Shown piece after piece: positions 28,939-38,445 of a DNA stretch of 64,000 nucleotides; the stretch's first letter is position 1, and each line of letters begins with the position of its first letter. Made by a program: the position numbers and the translations under genes. The stretch comes from Octopus bimaculoides. Lineage: Eukaryota. The notes under the pieces are model-generated. The model saw only the letters and a list, made by a program, of their open reading frames with translations, did no database searches and was not told the DNA's origin. The stretch is taken from NCBI RefSeq assembly GCF_001194135.2, contig NC_068989.1:10580111-10644110 (forward strand), written 5' to 3'.

Positions 28939-29059
28939 TAATGCAATACACTCCCAACAGCAGAAAAGAACACACAATGCTGGGCACACGTCAGCAACAC
29001 AGGTGTAGCAGGTGATGCAATAGATTTTACCAAATGTTGAACAGTTATATAATAATAAC

Positions 29060-29099
<40 letters not shown>

Positions 29100-32000
29100 C
29101 TGGTGGGAACACAAATCACCTCCAGTGCTCGAAAATGACCACATCTCACTCCTCTGGAACTTCACTGTTCAAACTGACAGAAAGACAGATGCGAATAGGC
29201 CAAACATTATATTGAAGGACTTCAGACAAAAATCATACCTCTTCATTGACATAAGTGTATCCAATCGACATAAATATATCTTTCAAGACCTACCAAAAAC
29301 TGAGCAGCTATAAAGATCTTGAAATAGAAATTGGCAAAATGTGGAACCTCAAGACTAAAACAATACTTGTTGTCATAAGTGCATTAACAATGATAGCAAA
29401 AGGAACTGGTCACTACCTAGCTCATATACCAGGAAATCGAAAAATAGCATAAATTAAAAAAAAAAATGCTCGTGGGAACTGCCCATATCCTACGTAAAAT
29501 ACTATGTAATCTCAAATTTTAAAACAAACCTATAATTTTCTTATGTTTTCTTAAACATTCTTTAGAACAATATTTTGTGCAAAACCAAATATATGGCACC
29601 CTAGTCATAACACCAACTTGAACTTTGAACTTGTCTCTTGTGGTCTCTGGGCGAGATTTGCAGTTAACTTGTACAAATACAAAACAAAAGTCAAACATGC
29701 CCAGATGCAGTAGCTCTCGCTTTTGATCTTAGCTGATTGGAAGTGTTATCTTGTACATATTGTTTTGTCTTGGTATAAAAGATGGGTTACAGCAAATATT
29801 CTGCTCAATATCACAGATTTGCTTGTCAGTTGTTTGACCTTAACCAGTTGAGCTTGTCCCTTAGTGACTGACGATATGTGCATCTCTGATCATGAGCAGA
29901 AGTAGTTGGGGAGCATCATAGCCATGTGTTGAGAGGAATTTTTTGGGGTTTGAATACTTCACCTATGGAAACATGGATGTTTCGTTCAATATCCTTAAAA
30001 CAAACCTTATTCAAGGGCCTTTTGAGCGGGAAGGGTTACTCGACCTGAAGAAAGCTCTAACTGGGCCCCCATCTGCAAGGTCACGCGCTGTTTATCTTGA
30101 TATGAGATCACCATGTTTGTGCACATATGGTTGTGATGCATGTGCCTGGCGTACTCTTATCAGACGGGTAGTCATGATGGGTATATTGGGCTTCGTATAT
30201 TTGTACCCTAATGTCACTTTGATGGCATGCACTGCTCTCTTACTCAATAATAATGATGATCATGATGATAATAGTAATCTTTTCTAGCATTTTGCAATGC
30301 AGAAATGGTCGAGGGCCATTCTGGACCCCAGCTCATCAGTGGCAATGCTTTTTGTAATGGACTCTTCTAATCTGTGTACTAACTCCAGTCAATCTCCCTG
30401 TCTGTCGTTATTACTTTGCCAAATGCTATCGGTCCAGTTCTGACTTTTTTTTAGATTACTCCACCACTAATTGTTTAACGTTTAACAAATTCGTTAAATC
30501 AGTCTCTATAGGATTTGCACGTAGGAAAAGACACATTTAATTTCCAGTAACCGTGTTTCTGTTAGTTCATCCCTTCTAGGACGATCGTGCAGACCATAGA
30601 TTTGTGACCCGTGTAGTCAAACAGTTGAAAATGTGGAATCCTTCAATATCTCTATCCAGTGACCTAACAAATATTTCATTTAGTTACGGGCTGGTTGATC
30701 GGACGCGTTTGCTCCGTCTCCATACTGGTGCATTCAGGAAGTATAACCGCTGTCTGTTAAGCATCTGGAACTTCTGAATAAGTTTATGAAGCCTTCACAC
30801 CCTACTCTCCTCTTGGCTAATAGCACAAAATCTCAACGGGTGCCTAAAAGTCATTCCAGTCTTCCACTTGCATTAAAGAACAGGCTGTTACCAATAAAGT
30901 CTCCAGACATCTGAAGATATCTGGACAGCTTGACGTAGATGCGTGCATGTGTGCTTCAGAAATCTTGGTCAAGCTGATGGATATCATATATATGTCTAGT
31001 GATTTAAGGTCGCTCAGTAAGTGAATTTGCTTTCAAGCTGATTTGAAAGCATGTACATTTTTGTGTCCTAATGTAAAGGCTGTCATGCTGGGCGGGAAAA
31101 ATAGTAAAGTGAGAGAGTTTACTTAGTTTTAGAGAAAGATTGATGATCCAGTTTTCTAGTGGAAGAATGTTCTTGCAAGTACCTACTAACGAATGGTTCC
31201 TCTTTGCTCTATCTCGGAACATTCTCCTGTTACTTAAAATTGTTTCCCCTCCAGCCCTAGCAAGATCTATTTTGTTTTGGGAATGAGCTTCTCAAAGACT
31301 TCCTCTTTCAACTGTATTTTTTGCGCGTTTTTCTGTTTAGCTCAACTCCTTCATGCTTCTATTTACAGCAAGTGATATCCATGTGAAGTGGTTCGTGTGT
31401 ATTTCGTTTTTATGTTATTGTTATTAATATTGTTTCTGATGTTGATGTTGTTACAGACATTGTGTTTTCTAATCCGTTTACTTTAGTTTATATATTTATA
31501 TTTCTTCCTGTTATTACTTTTGTTGTTGGTGTAGTTTCATTGTTATTATTGTGGTGACAGTGGTTGTCGCGATGGCGGGTGTTTTGCCGTTAGGCTTTCT
31601 GTCGCCCCATTGAAGATTCCACTTTTGATCTTAGGGCGGCCAGTTTTTGTTTTCCCAACAAAAAGGTGTCTTGTTGAAATTGTCTCGATCTTGTCGGACG
31701 GCGAGGTTTCAAAGACAAAGAGATCAAGGACAGAGGGAGCAGGTATGCATGCATATATAAATAAATGCATGTGTGTTTGGCAAAGTTGTAAAGTGAGGCC
31801 TTCTTTTGTTTGTGGTGGTAGTTAGAGAGTTGTCCTTTTGAAATGTGATGTTAATCTCGACTACTGTAACTGTTGTAGATTTGGGCTTTCTATTGCTGTT
31901 GTTGCTGGCGCTTTCACAGCTGTTGTTACTGTTGGTGTTGCTATTGTTGTTGCTACAGCTACTGATATTGTTGTTAGTGTTGCTCTGATTGTGGTGTTGG

Positions 32001-34027
32001 TAGTAGTGGTGACGTTTCTTTAGTTGCTCTCTACTGAAGACTAAAAAACAAAAAGGGACCCTCAGGCGGTCGGTGTTTTCATATGTGTGACTCATAGCCC
32101 TATTTTCAATCACTAAGTACACTTGGATGCTGTTTTTGGAATATTATCTCCCTCTATGGTTTATTACCACAATAAGAACATACAGGCCGAAATTAACATT
32201 TTTACTTCGCATGCTCTACGATTTCATCACCTGCCCGTCGAGGTAAGGTATTGTATAATGTAACGGTACAATAAATATTTTCTTTAAAACTTCAATCACT
32301 GTTCTTTCATCTTTACATAATGGCAATCAACGAAGACCCAATCCTTACAAACTGATTACGACTCCAACATTCCATCCTACTGTGTATCAACTATCGTTTC
32401 CATTCTATTGTTTACCATATTATTGTTTACAAACGTAAACTTTCGTTTCCATACCATTGTTTACCTAAATTAATTTCAACCGATACAAAATAATCTTCAT
32501 CGTTGCAACTGGTGACCAACCGTTACAACTGGTAACCTTTAACCGTTACATATATATTCAATTACAAATTAAAAACAGCGCCAGTGTTGTAAACATTATT
32601 GACCGCACATACTTAATGTATGTGTTGTGCTTGCTAGCCTGTTCGCTGCGGCACACCGCTTTGATGATTATTCCAGCACAGCACTGGGTGTTAAAGCACC
32701 TGAAAATTATAGACAGGCGAAACAACTCATCTCTAATCCTATCCAGCAGTAATGGATGCCGATATTTCGCCATTTTTGTGGCTTATAAACACTACGTACC
32801 TGAATCGAAACAGAGATAAACTGAATCACTAGTCTATGACTCTAAACAAATAGCGTAAGAACTATTTACTGGTATTCCACGGCGATGAATGCGTAAGATT
32901 AAATCTAATTACGAATTTTAAAAAAATAAGCAGCGTTAGTGTTGTAAACATTATCGACCGCACATACTCAAAGTATGCGTTGTCTCACTTGACTATGAGT
33001 TTCAGGTCTTTTAACATCCAGTGCTATGAATGAATCGTCCATAAAGGGCTGTATGTAGCAAGGTACGTACAGTATGAGTGGTTGATGACGTTTACAACAC
33101 TAGCGATGCTTTTAATTCATAATTGAATTTAATCTTACGTTACATTGTCGTGGTGTACCAGCAAATGGTTCTTACACTATTTGTATATAGTTAAAGCTTG
33201 GCGATTCAGTTTGCCCTCGGTTCCATTCAGGTATGTAATATTGATAAACCCCAAAAAGGGCGAAGTATCGGTCTCCACACACACATTTATATATGCACAC
33301 ACACACATCCACACCCAAGCCGCGTAGTTTAAAAGTTCGCTTCGCAATCATGTACTTTCTCTGATTCGATTTCTCTGCTCTACAAAAAGTTTCTTGTTAT
33401 TAGCCTCGCTTTGACTCTCACGCTGTGAGAATTTTTTTGTCAGGAAGCGTGAGAAAGCTCGTTGTATATGCATGTGTGTATATGTGTATTTTGTACTCCA
33501 GCATAAACCGGTGTATCAAGTGGCGTCTCTATTGTTAGAAGTTAATTAAGTCATGTGTAAAGTAAATTACAAGACGGAAAGTTCGAGAAACCATACAGCA
33601 GTAGTAGTATGGAGGAATGTATTGTAATAACGCGTCGATGCGTCCACCATTTATTAGTGATACTCTACTACGCTTTGTGGATAATACCTTCGCACCACTT
33701 AGGCGACAACCTTCCAAATCACGTGTCGGTTTGGGTAGTCTTGCTGGTGAGGGTGTTACGAGGTCGGAGTATAGATTCTACCCCCAACTACTTTCCGTCG
33801 CCTTTTACGACACACAGAGGAAAAGTTGGATCTGTTCTTTGACATACCGTTTTCCATACAGCACTAGAATAGCGTGAAATGAAGTGTTTTGCTCAAAAAC
33901 ACAAAACGCCGCCCAGTCGAACCCACGATCGTCAGATCGTGGGTTCAACACCTTAACCACTAGGTCGTGCGCCTTCATGTGATCAACTAAAACCTTTAAT
34001 GACGTATTACAGCATAGCAGCATTCCA

Positions 34028-34103
<76 letters not shown>

Positions 34104-34114
34104 GGTTAGCTAGC

Positions 34115-34160
<46 letters not shown>

Positions 34161-35512
34161 NNNNNNNNNNNNNNNNNNNNNNNNNNNNNNNNNNNNNNNN
34201 NNNNNNNNNNNNNNNNNNNNNNNNNNNNNNNNNNNNNNNNNNNNNNNNNNNNNNNNNNNNNNNNNNNNNNNNNNNNNNNNNNNNNNNNNNNNNNNNNNNN
34301 NNNNNNNNNNNNNNNNNNNNNNNNNNNNNNNNNNNNNNNNNNNNNNNNNNNNNNNNNNNNNNNNNNNNNNNNNNNNNNNNNNNNNNNNNNNNNNNNNNNN
34401 NNNNNNNNNNNNNNNNNNNNNNNNNNNNNNNNNNNNNNNNNNNNNNNNNNNNNNNNNNNNNNNNNNNNNNNNNNNNNNNNNNNNNNNNNNNNNNNNNNNN
34501 NNNNNNNNNNNNNNNNNNNNNNNNNNNNNNNNNNNNNNNNNNNNNNNNNNNNNNNNNNNNNNNNNNNNNNNNNNNNNNNNNNNNNNNNNNNNNNNNNNNN
34601 NNNNNNNNNNNNNNNNNNNNNNNNNNNNNNNNNNNNNNNNNNNNNNNNNNNNNNNNNNNNNNNNNNNNNNNNNNNNNNNNNNNNNNNNNNNNNNNNNNNN
34701 NNNNNNNNNNNNNNNNNNNNNNNNNNNNNNNNNNNNNNNNNNNNNNNNNNNNNNNNNNNNNNNNNNNNNNNNNNNNNNNNNNNNNNNNNNNNNNNNNNNN
34801 NNNNNNNNNNNNNNNNNNNNNNNNNNNNNNNNNNNNNNNNNNNNNNNNNNNNNNNNNNNNNNNNNNNNNNNNNNNNNNNNNNNNNNNNNNNNNNNNNNNN
34901 NNNNNNNNNNNNNNNNNNNNNNNNNNNNNNNNNNNNNNNNNNNNNNNNNNNNNNNNNNNNNNNNNNNNNNNNNNNNNNNNNNNNNNNNNNNNNNNNNNNN
35001 NNNNNNNNNNNNNNNNNNNNNNNNNNNNNNNNNNNNNNNNNNNNNNNNNNNNNATATATATATATATATATATATATAGTAAATCCCCCAAAAGAAGAAT
35101 AACAAACACGCAAGGACGTGGTACATGTAAAGTATTAGCAGACGCTCAGGGAAGGAAAGAATGATGGTTCGACGTTTCGAGCAGACGCTCTTTTTCAGAA
35201 ACAGAGGAAAGTCCAATAGAAAAGAAGACGGAAGAAGAAAAGCGCCAACGATTCACATGGGGTTACATTTTGAAATGTATATATACATATTATAATATAT
35301 TATTAATAATATCAGGAAATCAATATTAGAAAATTCATCAGAAAGATATATACAAGTGTATCAATATTGGAAAATTCATCATATATAAATATACACCCCA
35401 ACACATATCAATTAAATAATAATATAAATAATACATATGTGCATGTATATATCACCTTCCCGAGCGTCCTATCTCCGTCTTTTGTTTTCCTGTAAATTTC
35501 AACTATATCTAT

Positions 35513-35580
<68 letters not shown>

Positions 35581-36277
35581 TTATCTATTTATCTTTCTAT
35601 CTATCTATCTATCTCTCTATCTATCTCTCTATCTCTCTATCTATTTATCTATCTATCTCTCTATATATATGCATATATGGGTACAGGACACCACCAACAG
35701 TAAATAACATGAAATACGAAAGCAAATGAGTTAAATACGCAAATAACGAGAGAAAAAAAAATGGAAAACAGGAGAAATAATACAAAGATTACAAAGAACA
35801 ACCCTTCATCAGTTGTCGGCTGTCTATCTTCTCCCCATTTCGAGCAATCAACGATTTGCGTATTTAGCTCATTTGTTTTCGTAATTCAGGTTTTTACTGT
35901 TGGTGACGTCCTGTACTCATATATGCATACATACATACATANNNNNNNNNNNNNNNNNNNNNNNNNNNNNNNNNNNNNNNNNNNNNNNNNNNNNNNNNNN
36001 NNNNNNNNNNNNNNNNNNNNNNNNNNNNNNNNNNNNNNNNNNNNNNNNNNNNNNNNNNNNNNNNNNNNNNNNNNNNNNNNNNNNNNNNNNNNNNNNNNNN
36101 NNNNNNNNNNNNNNNNNNNNNNNNNNNNNNNNNNNNNNNNNNNNNNNNNNNNNNNNNNNNNNNNNNNNNNNNNNNNNNNNNNNNNNNNNNNNNATATACA
36201 CACACACGCACACACACACACACACATATATATATATACATATACATATATAGATATATAAGTACGCATACACATGC

Positions 36278-36312
<35 letters not shown>

Positions 36313-36700
36313 CACACACGCACACACACACGAAGATGTGCTGAAAAGTTCCTGACTTTGGGTAAAAGAAAATATAGGAAGATCAGTTAATTATGATTTT
36401 ATTTATATTTATCTCTCAGAGTGACACACTTATTGCAGTTTTTCTAAACACTGTAAAAAAAAAAAAACTCGGAAGGTCGGGGCCTCCAGCCAGGTTTTTT
36501 GCACCTCTATATATGTACTTTGCACCCCTCCTATATATGTACTTTAGTCTACCTTTGCTATTCGAGTACTATTTTTTTTTCACATTCTTTCGTTGTAACT
36601 ATGTCCTTACTTCTGTGTGAGTGTATATATGCATTTGTATGTATGTATGTATGTATGTATGTATGTATGTATGTATGTATGTATGTATATACAAATGCGC

Positions 36701-36750
<50 letters not shown>

Positions 36751-38445
36751 GCACACACATGTATATACATATGCATATATACTCATGTGTGCAGAGGAGT
36801 CTAATGACATGGACATACCAGGCTGTTGTCAAGGTTTCACATGAGTTTAGTGGTCCTGATGCTAAACTATATATATGCACAGTCATGGCTGTGTGGTTAC
36901 GGAGATAGCTTTACAACCATGTGGTTTCAGGTTCGGTCCCAATGCCTCGTAAGTGAATTTGGTAAATAGAAATTGTGTGAGAGCTCGTCGTACACACATG
37001 CACACACCCACACATACAGACACACGCACATACATACATACAAATGCATATACACACTCATATACACGCACACACACGCAAGTAAGGACATAGTTACAGC
37101 GAAAGAATGTGAAAAGAAATAGTACTCGAATACCAAAAGAAGACTAAAACACTATATTACTGAAGCTGAAAATATCTCTAGAAACTGTTACTCTTGTGTG
37201 TGTGTGTGTGTGTGTGTATGTGTGTGTGTGTATGTGTGTGTATGTGTGTGTGTGATGCGTGCGTGCACGTCTGAATGTATGTATGTATGCGCATATGCTT
37301 GTATGTACACATCGATATAAATCCGTGTGTCGAGCACCTGCCCTTTTTGTTAAAACGTAATTTAGCCTTTTGGTTAATAATCCATTCTACTAAAGGCACA
37401 AGGCCTGAAATTTAGTGGGAAGGGCCAGTCGATTACATCGATCTCAATANNNNNNNNNNNNNNNNNNNNNNNNNNNNNNNNNNNNNNNNNNNNNNNNNNN
37501 NNNNNNNNNNNNNNNNNNNNNNNNNNNNNNNNNNNNNNNNNNNNNNNNNNNNNNNNNNNNNNNNNNNNNNNNNNNNNNNNNNNNNNNNNNNNNNNNNNNN
37601 NNNNNNNNNNNNNNNNNNNNNNNNNNNNNNNNNNNNNNNNNNNNNNNNNNNNNNNNNNNNNNNNNNNNNNNNNNNNNNNNNNNNNNNNNNNNNNNNNNNN
37701 NNNNNNNNNNNNNNNNNNNNNNNNNNNNNNNNNNNNNNNNNNNNNNNNNNNNNNNNNNNNNNNNNNNNNNNNNNNNNNNNNNNNNNNNNNNNNNNNNNNN
37801 NNNNNNNNNNNNNNNNNNNNNNNNNNNNNNNNNNNNNNNNNNNNNNNNNNNNNNNNNNNNNNNNNNNNNNNNNNNNNNNNNNNNNNNNNNNNNNNNNNNN
37901 NNNNNNNNNNNNNNNNNNNNNNNNNNNNNNNNNNNNNNNNNNNNNNNNNNNNNNNNNNNNNNNNNNNNNNNNNNNNNNNNNNNNNNNNNNNNNNNNNNNN
38001 NNNNNNNNNNNNNNNNNNNNNNNNNNNNNNNNNNNNNNNNNNNNNNNTATATATATGTGTGTGTGTGTGTTTGTGTGTCTGTGTTAGTCCCACCACCATC
38101 GCTTGACATCCGATGCTGGTGTGTTTACGTCCCCGTAACTTAGCGGTTCGGCAAAACGGACCGATAGAATAAGTACTAGGCTTTCAAAGAATAAGTCCTG
38201 GGGTCGATTTGCTCGACTAAAGGCGGTGCTCCAGCATGGCCGCTGTCAAATGACTGAAACAAGTAAAAGAGAGTAAGTTCATTTAGTCTACTTACAGGAT
38301 TATTTATGTAAAAGCGAAGCCTTTCTTTGGCATTTTCTAAAGAAGTCAGTCCACCAAGACTCAAACCAAGATCTGTTAGCATCGTAATTGCTTCCCGAAG
38401 ATCCTTTAGGGAATCAATTTCTTTCAGTTTCGGTAACGTCGCCAT
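2387..38445 (-). CDS. DSTYK-like: 13-exon gene, 984 aa: dynamin-like GTPase + helical region + protein kinase (DSTYK-like family)
   Basis: CDS join (minus): 38296-38445, 23312-23531, 20769-21061, 19221-19361, 17036-17236, 14434-14543, 12479-12704, 9832-10060, 8029-8119, 5606-5991, 4854-5082, 3529-3820, 2387-2773. Total 2955 nt. Every intron is GT..AG and every junction phase matches. The activation segment [28 protein letters not shown] resembles DSTYK (xxxDLGFCK...GSIVGTPIHMAPE, from recall). Orthology not tested. Confidence 0.88.
2965..3395 (-). mobile_element. SINE family B, full length (tRNA head, internal (TA)n(CA)n, AGTAAAAG-repeat tail)
   Basis: Near-identical to the copies at 14847-15235, 18655-19101 and 52476-52912. 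Box-like GTGGCTGTGTGG and GGTTCAATCCC. Confidence 0.9.
3529..3820 (-). CDS. Exon 12: kinase hinge and catalytic loop (HRDLKMEN)
   Basis: Acceptor TTTTGCAG, donor GTAAGT, 292 nt. Confidence 0.95.
4854..5082 (-). CDS. Exon 11: kinase N-lobe ([14 protein letters not shown], alphaC Glu)
   Basis: Acceptor TATTTAG, donor GTACG. Gly-rich loop and catalytic Lys present. Confidence 0.94.
5224..5492. repeat. 85-bp tandem repeat x3 next to a Tc1/mariner-like TIR end
   Basis: Units start at 5224, 5309 and 5394. They end at GTGGACACCCTGTATA, the reverse complement of TATACAGGGTGTCCAC. Confidence 0.8.
5606..5991 (-). CDS. Exon 10 ([10 protein letters not shown]...CNRLQ), helical region before the kinase
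   Basis: Pyrimidine tract followed by ACAAAAG acceptor (the only phase-compatible AG), donor GTTAGT, 386 nt. Confidence 0.85.
7410..7860 (+). mobile_element. Internally deleted mariner remnant
   Basis: 5' HTH part ([15 protein letters not shown]) is joined directly to the 3' part ([13 protein letters not shown]). Same family as 50470-51493. Confidence 0.8.
8029..8119 (-). CDS. Exon 9 ([30 protein letters not shown])
   Basis: Not in the ORF track. Strong acceptor TTTTTTTCCCCACAG, donor GTAAAT. Phases 1/2 bridge exons 8 and 10. Confidence 0.82.
8895..9158 (-). mobile_element. SINE family D (tRNA head, CCCTTGAGCAAG middle, 3' module shared with family C)
   Basis: Head GTGGCTTAGTGGTTAGGGC...GAGTTTGATTCC. 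The 3' part aligns with 19970-20100. Confidence 0.75.
9586..9670 (+). other. tRNA-like sequence (probable pseudogene or short SINE head)
   Basis: TAGCATAATGGTA A-box, GGTTCAATTCC B-box and a partial cloverleaf with 5/7 acceptor pairs. Followed by the hairpin TAGCCA-CCACC-TGGCTA and a T7 run. Confidence 0.45.
9832..10060 (-). CDS. Exon 8 ([10 protein letters not shown]...MQIYNVE)
   Basis: Acceptor TGTCCAG, donor GTAAGG, 229 nt. Confidence 0.88.
11162..11446. mobile_element. hAT (Charlie/Buster-type) MITE
   Basis: TIRs CAGTAGTTCCCAAA / TTTGGGAACCACTG. 8-bp TSD ACCTAGAG/ATCTAGAG. Confidence 0.85.
11755..11965 (-). mobile_element. SINE family A copy
   Basis: Same module as 1339-2310. Further copies or fragments at about 22860-23230, 23885-24030, 37385-37449 and 51960-52165 (-), and 40290-40505, 53435-53570 and 62270-62470 (+). 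Confidence 0.85.
12010..12372 (-). mobile_element. Helentron-type non-autonomous element (HINE/DINE-1-like)
   Basis: On the minus strand it starts TTACCTCTGCC and ends CTTGGTGGAGGT + hairpin GCACTCTCTGGGTGC. Confidence 0.65.
12479..12704 (-). CDS. Exon 7 ([10 protein letters not shown]...YLKSEA), helical/coiled-coil-like
   Basis: Acceptor CTTTAG, donor GTAAC, 226 nt. Confidence 0.88.
13907..14109 (-). mobile_element. SINE family B, 5' half (remainder in the N gap)
   Basis: Matches 3200-3395. Confidence 0.88.
14434..14543 (-). CDS. Exon 6 ([36 protein letters not shown])
   Basis: Not in the ORF track. Acceptor TGTATAG, donor GTAAAT. The phase-2 end AA joins A of exon 7 (Lys). Confidence 0.85.
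14847..15235 (+). mobile_element. SINE family B, full length
   Basis: GGCGCAGGAGTGGCTGTGTGG...GACTGAAACAAGTAAATGAGTAA. Confidence 0.9.
15434..15978 (+). mobile_element. Helentron-type non-autonomous element (HINE/DINE-1-like)
   Basis: Subterminal IRs ACCTCCGCCAAG (15437-15448) / CTTGGCGGAGGT (15940-15951). The 5' motif is repeated internally near 15860. Degenerate 3' hairpin and T-rich flanks. Confidence 0.7.
17036..17236 (-). CDS. Exon 5: G4 region (TIFVSNKWE)
   Basis: Acceptor ATCACAG, donor GTAAGT, 201 nt, phase 0/0. Confidence 0.92.
18655..19101 (-). mobile_element. SINE family B, full length
   Basis: Homologous to 2965-3395. Contains a 10-N gap with a duplicated overlap. Confidence 0.9.
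19221..19361 (-). CDS. Exon 4: G3 motif ([10 protein letters not shown]...FIYVINA)
   Basis: Acceptor CAACACAG, donor GTAATG, 141 nt, phase 0/0. DTPG is typical of dynamin-like GTPases. Confidence 0.93.
19762..20154 (+). mobile_element. SINE family C, full length with TSD
   Basis: tRNA head TGGCCCAGTGGTTAGAGC...GGTTTCGATT, (AAC)n tail, 10-bp TSD TAGTACATGT (19752-19761 / 20155-20164). Confidence 0.9.
20769..21061 (-). CDS. Exon 3: P-loop G1 (GETGSGKS) and G2 region ([10 protein letters not shown])
   Basis: Acceptor CCTTTAG, donor GTAAC. Split codon G|GA restores [17 protein letters not shown]. Confidence 0.93.
22040..22320 (-). mobile_element. R4/Dong-clade (RLE) LINE 3' fragment abutting (AAT)n
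   Basis: [33 protein letters not shown]...TAHILRK. Confidence 0.8.
23312..23531 (-). CDS. Exon 2 ([15 protein letters not shown]...RECLIMLAG)
   Basis: Acceptor TTTTACAG, donor GTGAG, 220 nt. Ends in the beta strand leading into the P-loop. Confidence 0.9.
24844..25226. repeat. Foldback element, about 155-bp arms (24844-24999 / 25072-25226)
   Basis: The arms are reverse complements with few mismatches. Each carries a degenerate hammerhead-like core. Confidence 0.9.
25278..25430. repeat. Near-perfect hairpin, about 65-bp arms
   Basis: ...TATAATTATATTAAGG.GCAAG.GCGAAAACGACCT / AGGTCGTTTTCGC.CTTGC..CCTTAATATAATTATA... Confidence 0.88.
25813..25897 (-). ncRNA. Putative minimal type-I hammerhead ribozyme
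   Basis: GCAG-CUGAAGA-(UUGC..long loop..GCAU)-GAA-ACGAUCGU-A-CUGC. Stem I GCAG/CUGC, palindromic stem III, GUA triplet. Stem II closing pair is non-canonical. Confidence 0.55.
25999..26083 (+). ncRNA. Putative minimal hammerhead ribozyme (mirror copy)
   Basis: GCAG-CUGAGGA-...-GAA-ACGAACGU-A-CUGC, with one mismatch in the palindrome. Confidence 0.5.
27729..27804 (-). ncRNA. Putative minimal type-I hammerhead ribozyme
   Basis: UCGUA-CUGAAGA-(AUCA..UGGC)-GAA-ACCUGGU-C-UACGA. 5-bp stem I, GUC triplet, partly decayed stem II. Confidence 0.55.
28030..28760 (+). mobile_element. R4/Dong-clade RLE LINE 3' fragment (CCHC knuckle + PD-D/ExK endonuclease)
   Basis: [59 protein letters not shown]. Frameshifted. 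Confidence 0.88.
29099..29700 (+). mobile_element. 5'-truncated R4/Dong-like LINE directly after (AAT)n
   Basis: [48 protein letters not shown]. Confidence 0.85.
30290..30960 (-). mobile_element. Degenerate L1/Tx1-clade LINE ORF2 remnant (end of the APE domain)
   Basis: Minus-strand translation [10 protein letters not shown]...[10 protein letters not shown]...[10 protein letters not shown]. Stops and frameshifts present. Confidence 0.6.
32780..33245. repeat. Old degenerate inverted repeat, about 190-bp arms
   Basis: 32780-32975 aligns to the reverse complement of 33065-33245 at roughly 75-80% by eye. A partial third copy lies at 32570-32620. Confidence 0.75.
35167..35202 (-). ncRNA. Minimal hammerhead-like motif, probably inactive (G8->A)
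   Basis: GUUU-CUGAAAA-A-GAGC-GUCU-GCUC-GAA-ACGU-C-GAAC. Confidence 0.5.
35678..35920. repeat. Foldback element, about 70-bp arms
   Basis: ATGGGTACAGGACACCACCAACAGTAAA...ATACGCAAAT / ATTTGCGTATT...TTTACTGTTGGTGACGTCCTGTACTCAT. Confidence 0.8.
36330..36535 (-). mobile_element. Mariner-derived MITE (degenerate)
   Basis: CGAAGATGTGCTGAAAAGTTCCTGACTTTGGGTAAAAGAAAAT is the reverse complement of the right end of 57982-58203. Confidence 0.7.
36550..37135. repeat. Local inverted duplication, about 100-bp arms
   Basis: ATTCGAGTACTATT..TTCACATTCTTTCG.TGTAACTATGTCCTTACTT (36561-) versus its reverse complement at 37080-37132. Confidence 0.75.
38048..38276 (+). mobile_element. SINE family B, 3' half, ending about 20 bp from the exon-1 donor
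   Basis: Matches 15050-15235. Confidence 0.88.
38296..38445 (-). CDS. Exon 1 (start codon): [50 protein letters not shown]
   Basis: ATG in a strong context (AAGATGG). 150 nt ending at a GTAAGT donor in phase 0, which reads in frame into exon 2 ([11 protein letters not shown]). It lies 14.8 kb from exon 2 across several N-gaps. Confidence 0.72.

Noticed and set aside
31546-32122. Asn/Thr-rich ORFs
   Set aside because: Degenerate (GTT)n-type low-complexity DNA with stops in the flanking frames and no consistent splice sites.
35800-35825. CUGAUGA-A-GGG (minus strand) as another ribozyme
   Set aside because: The downstream CCC-GAAA half is missing, so only the foldback structure is reported.
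38176-38295. C-terminal part of ORF 38176-38445 ([25 protein letters not shown]...)
   Set aside because: Read-through past the GTAAGT donor into an antisense SINE B. The same peptide appears at 2856-3068.
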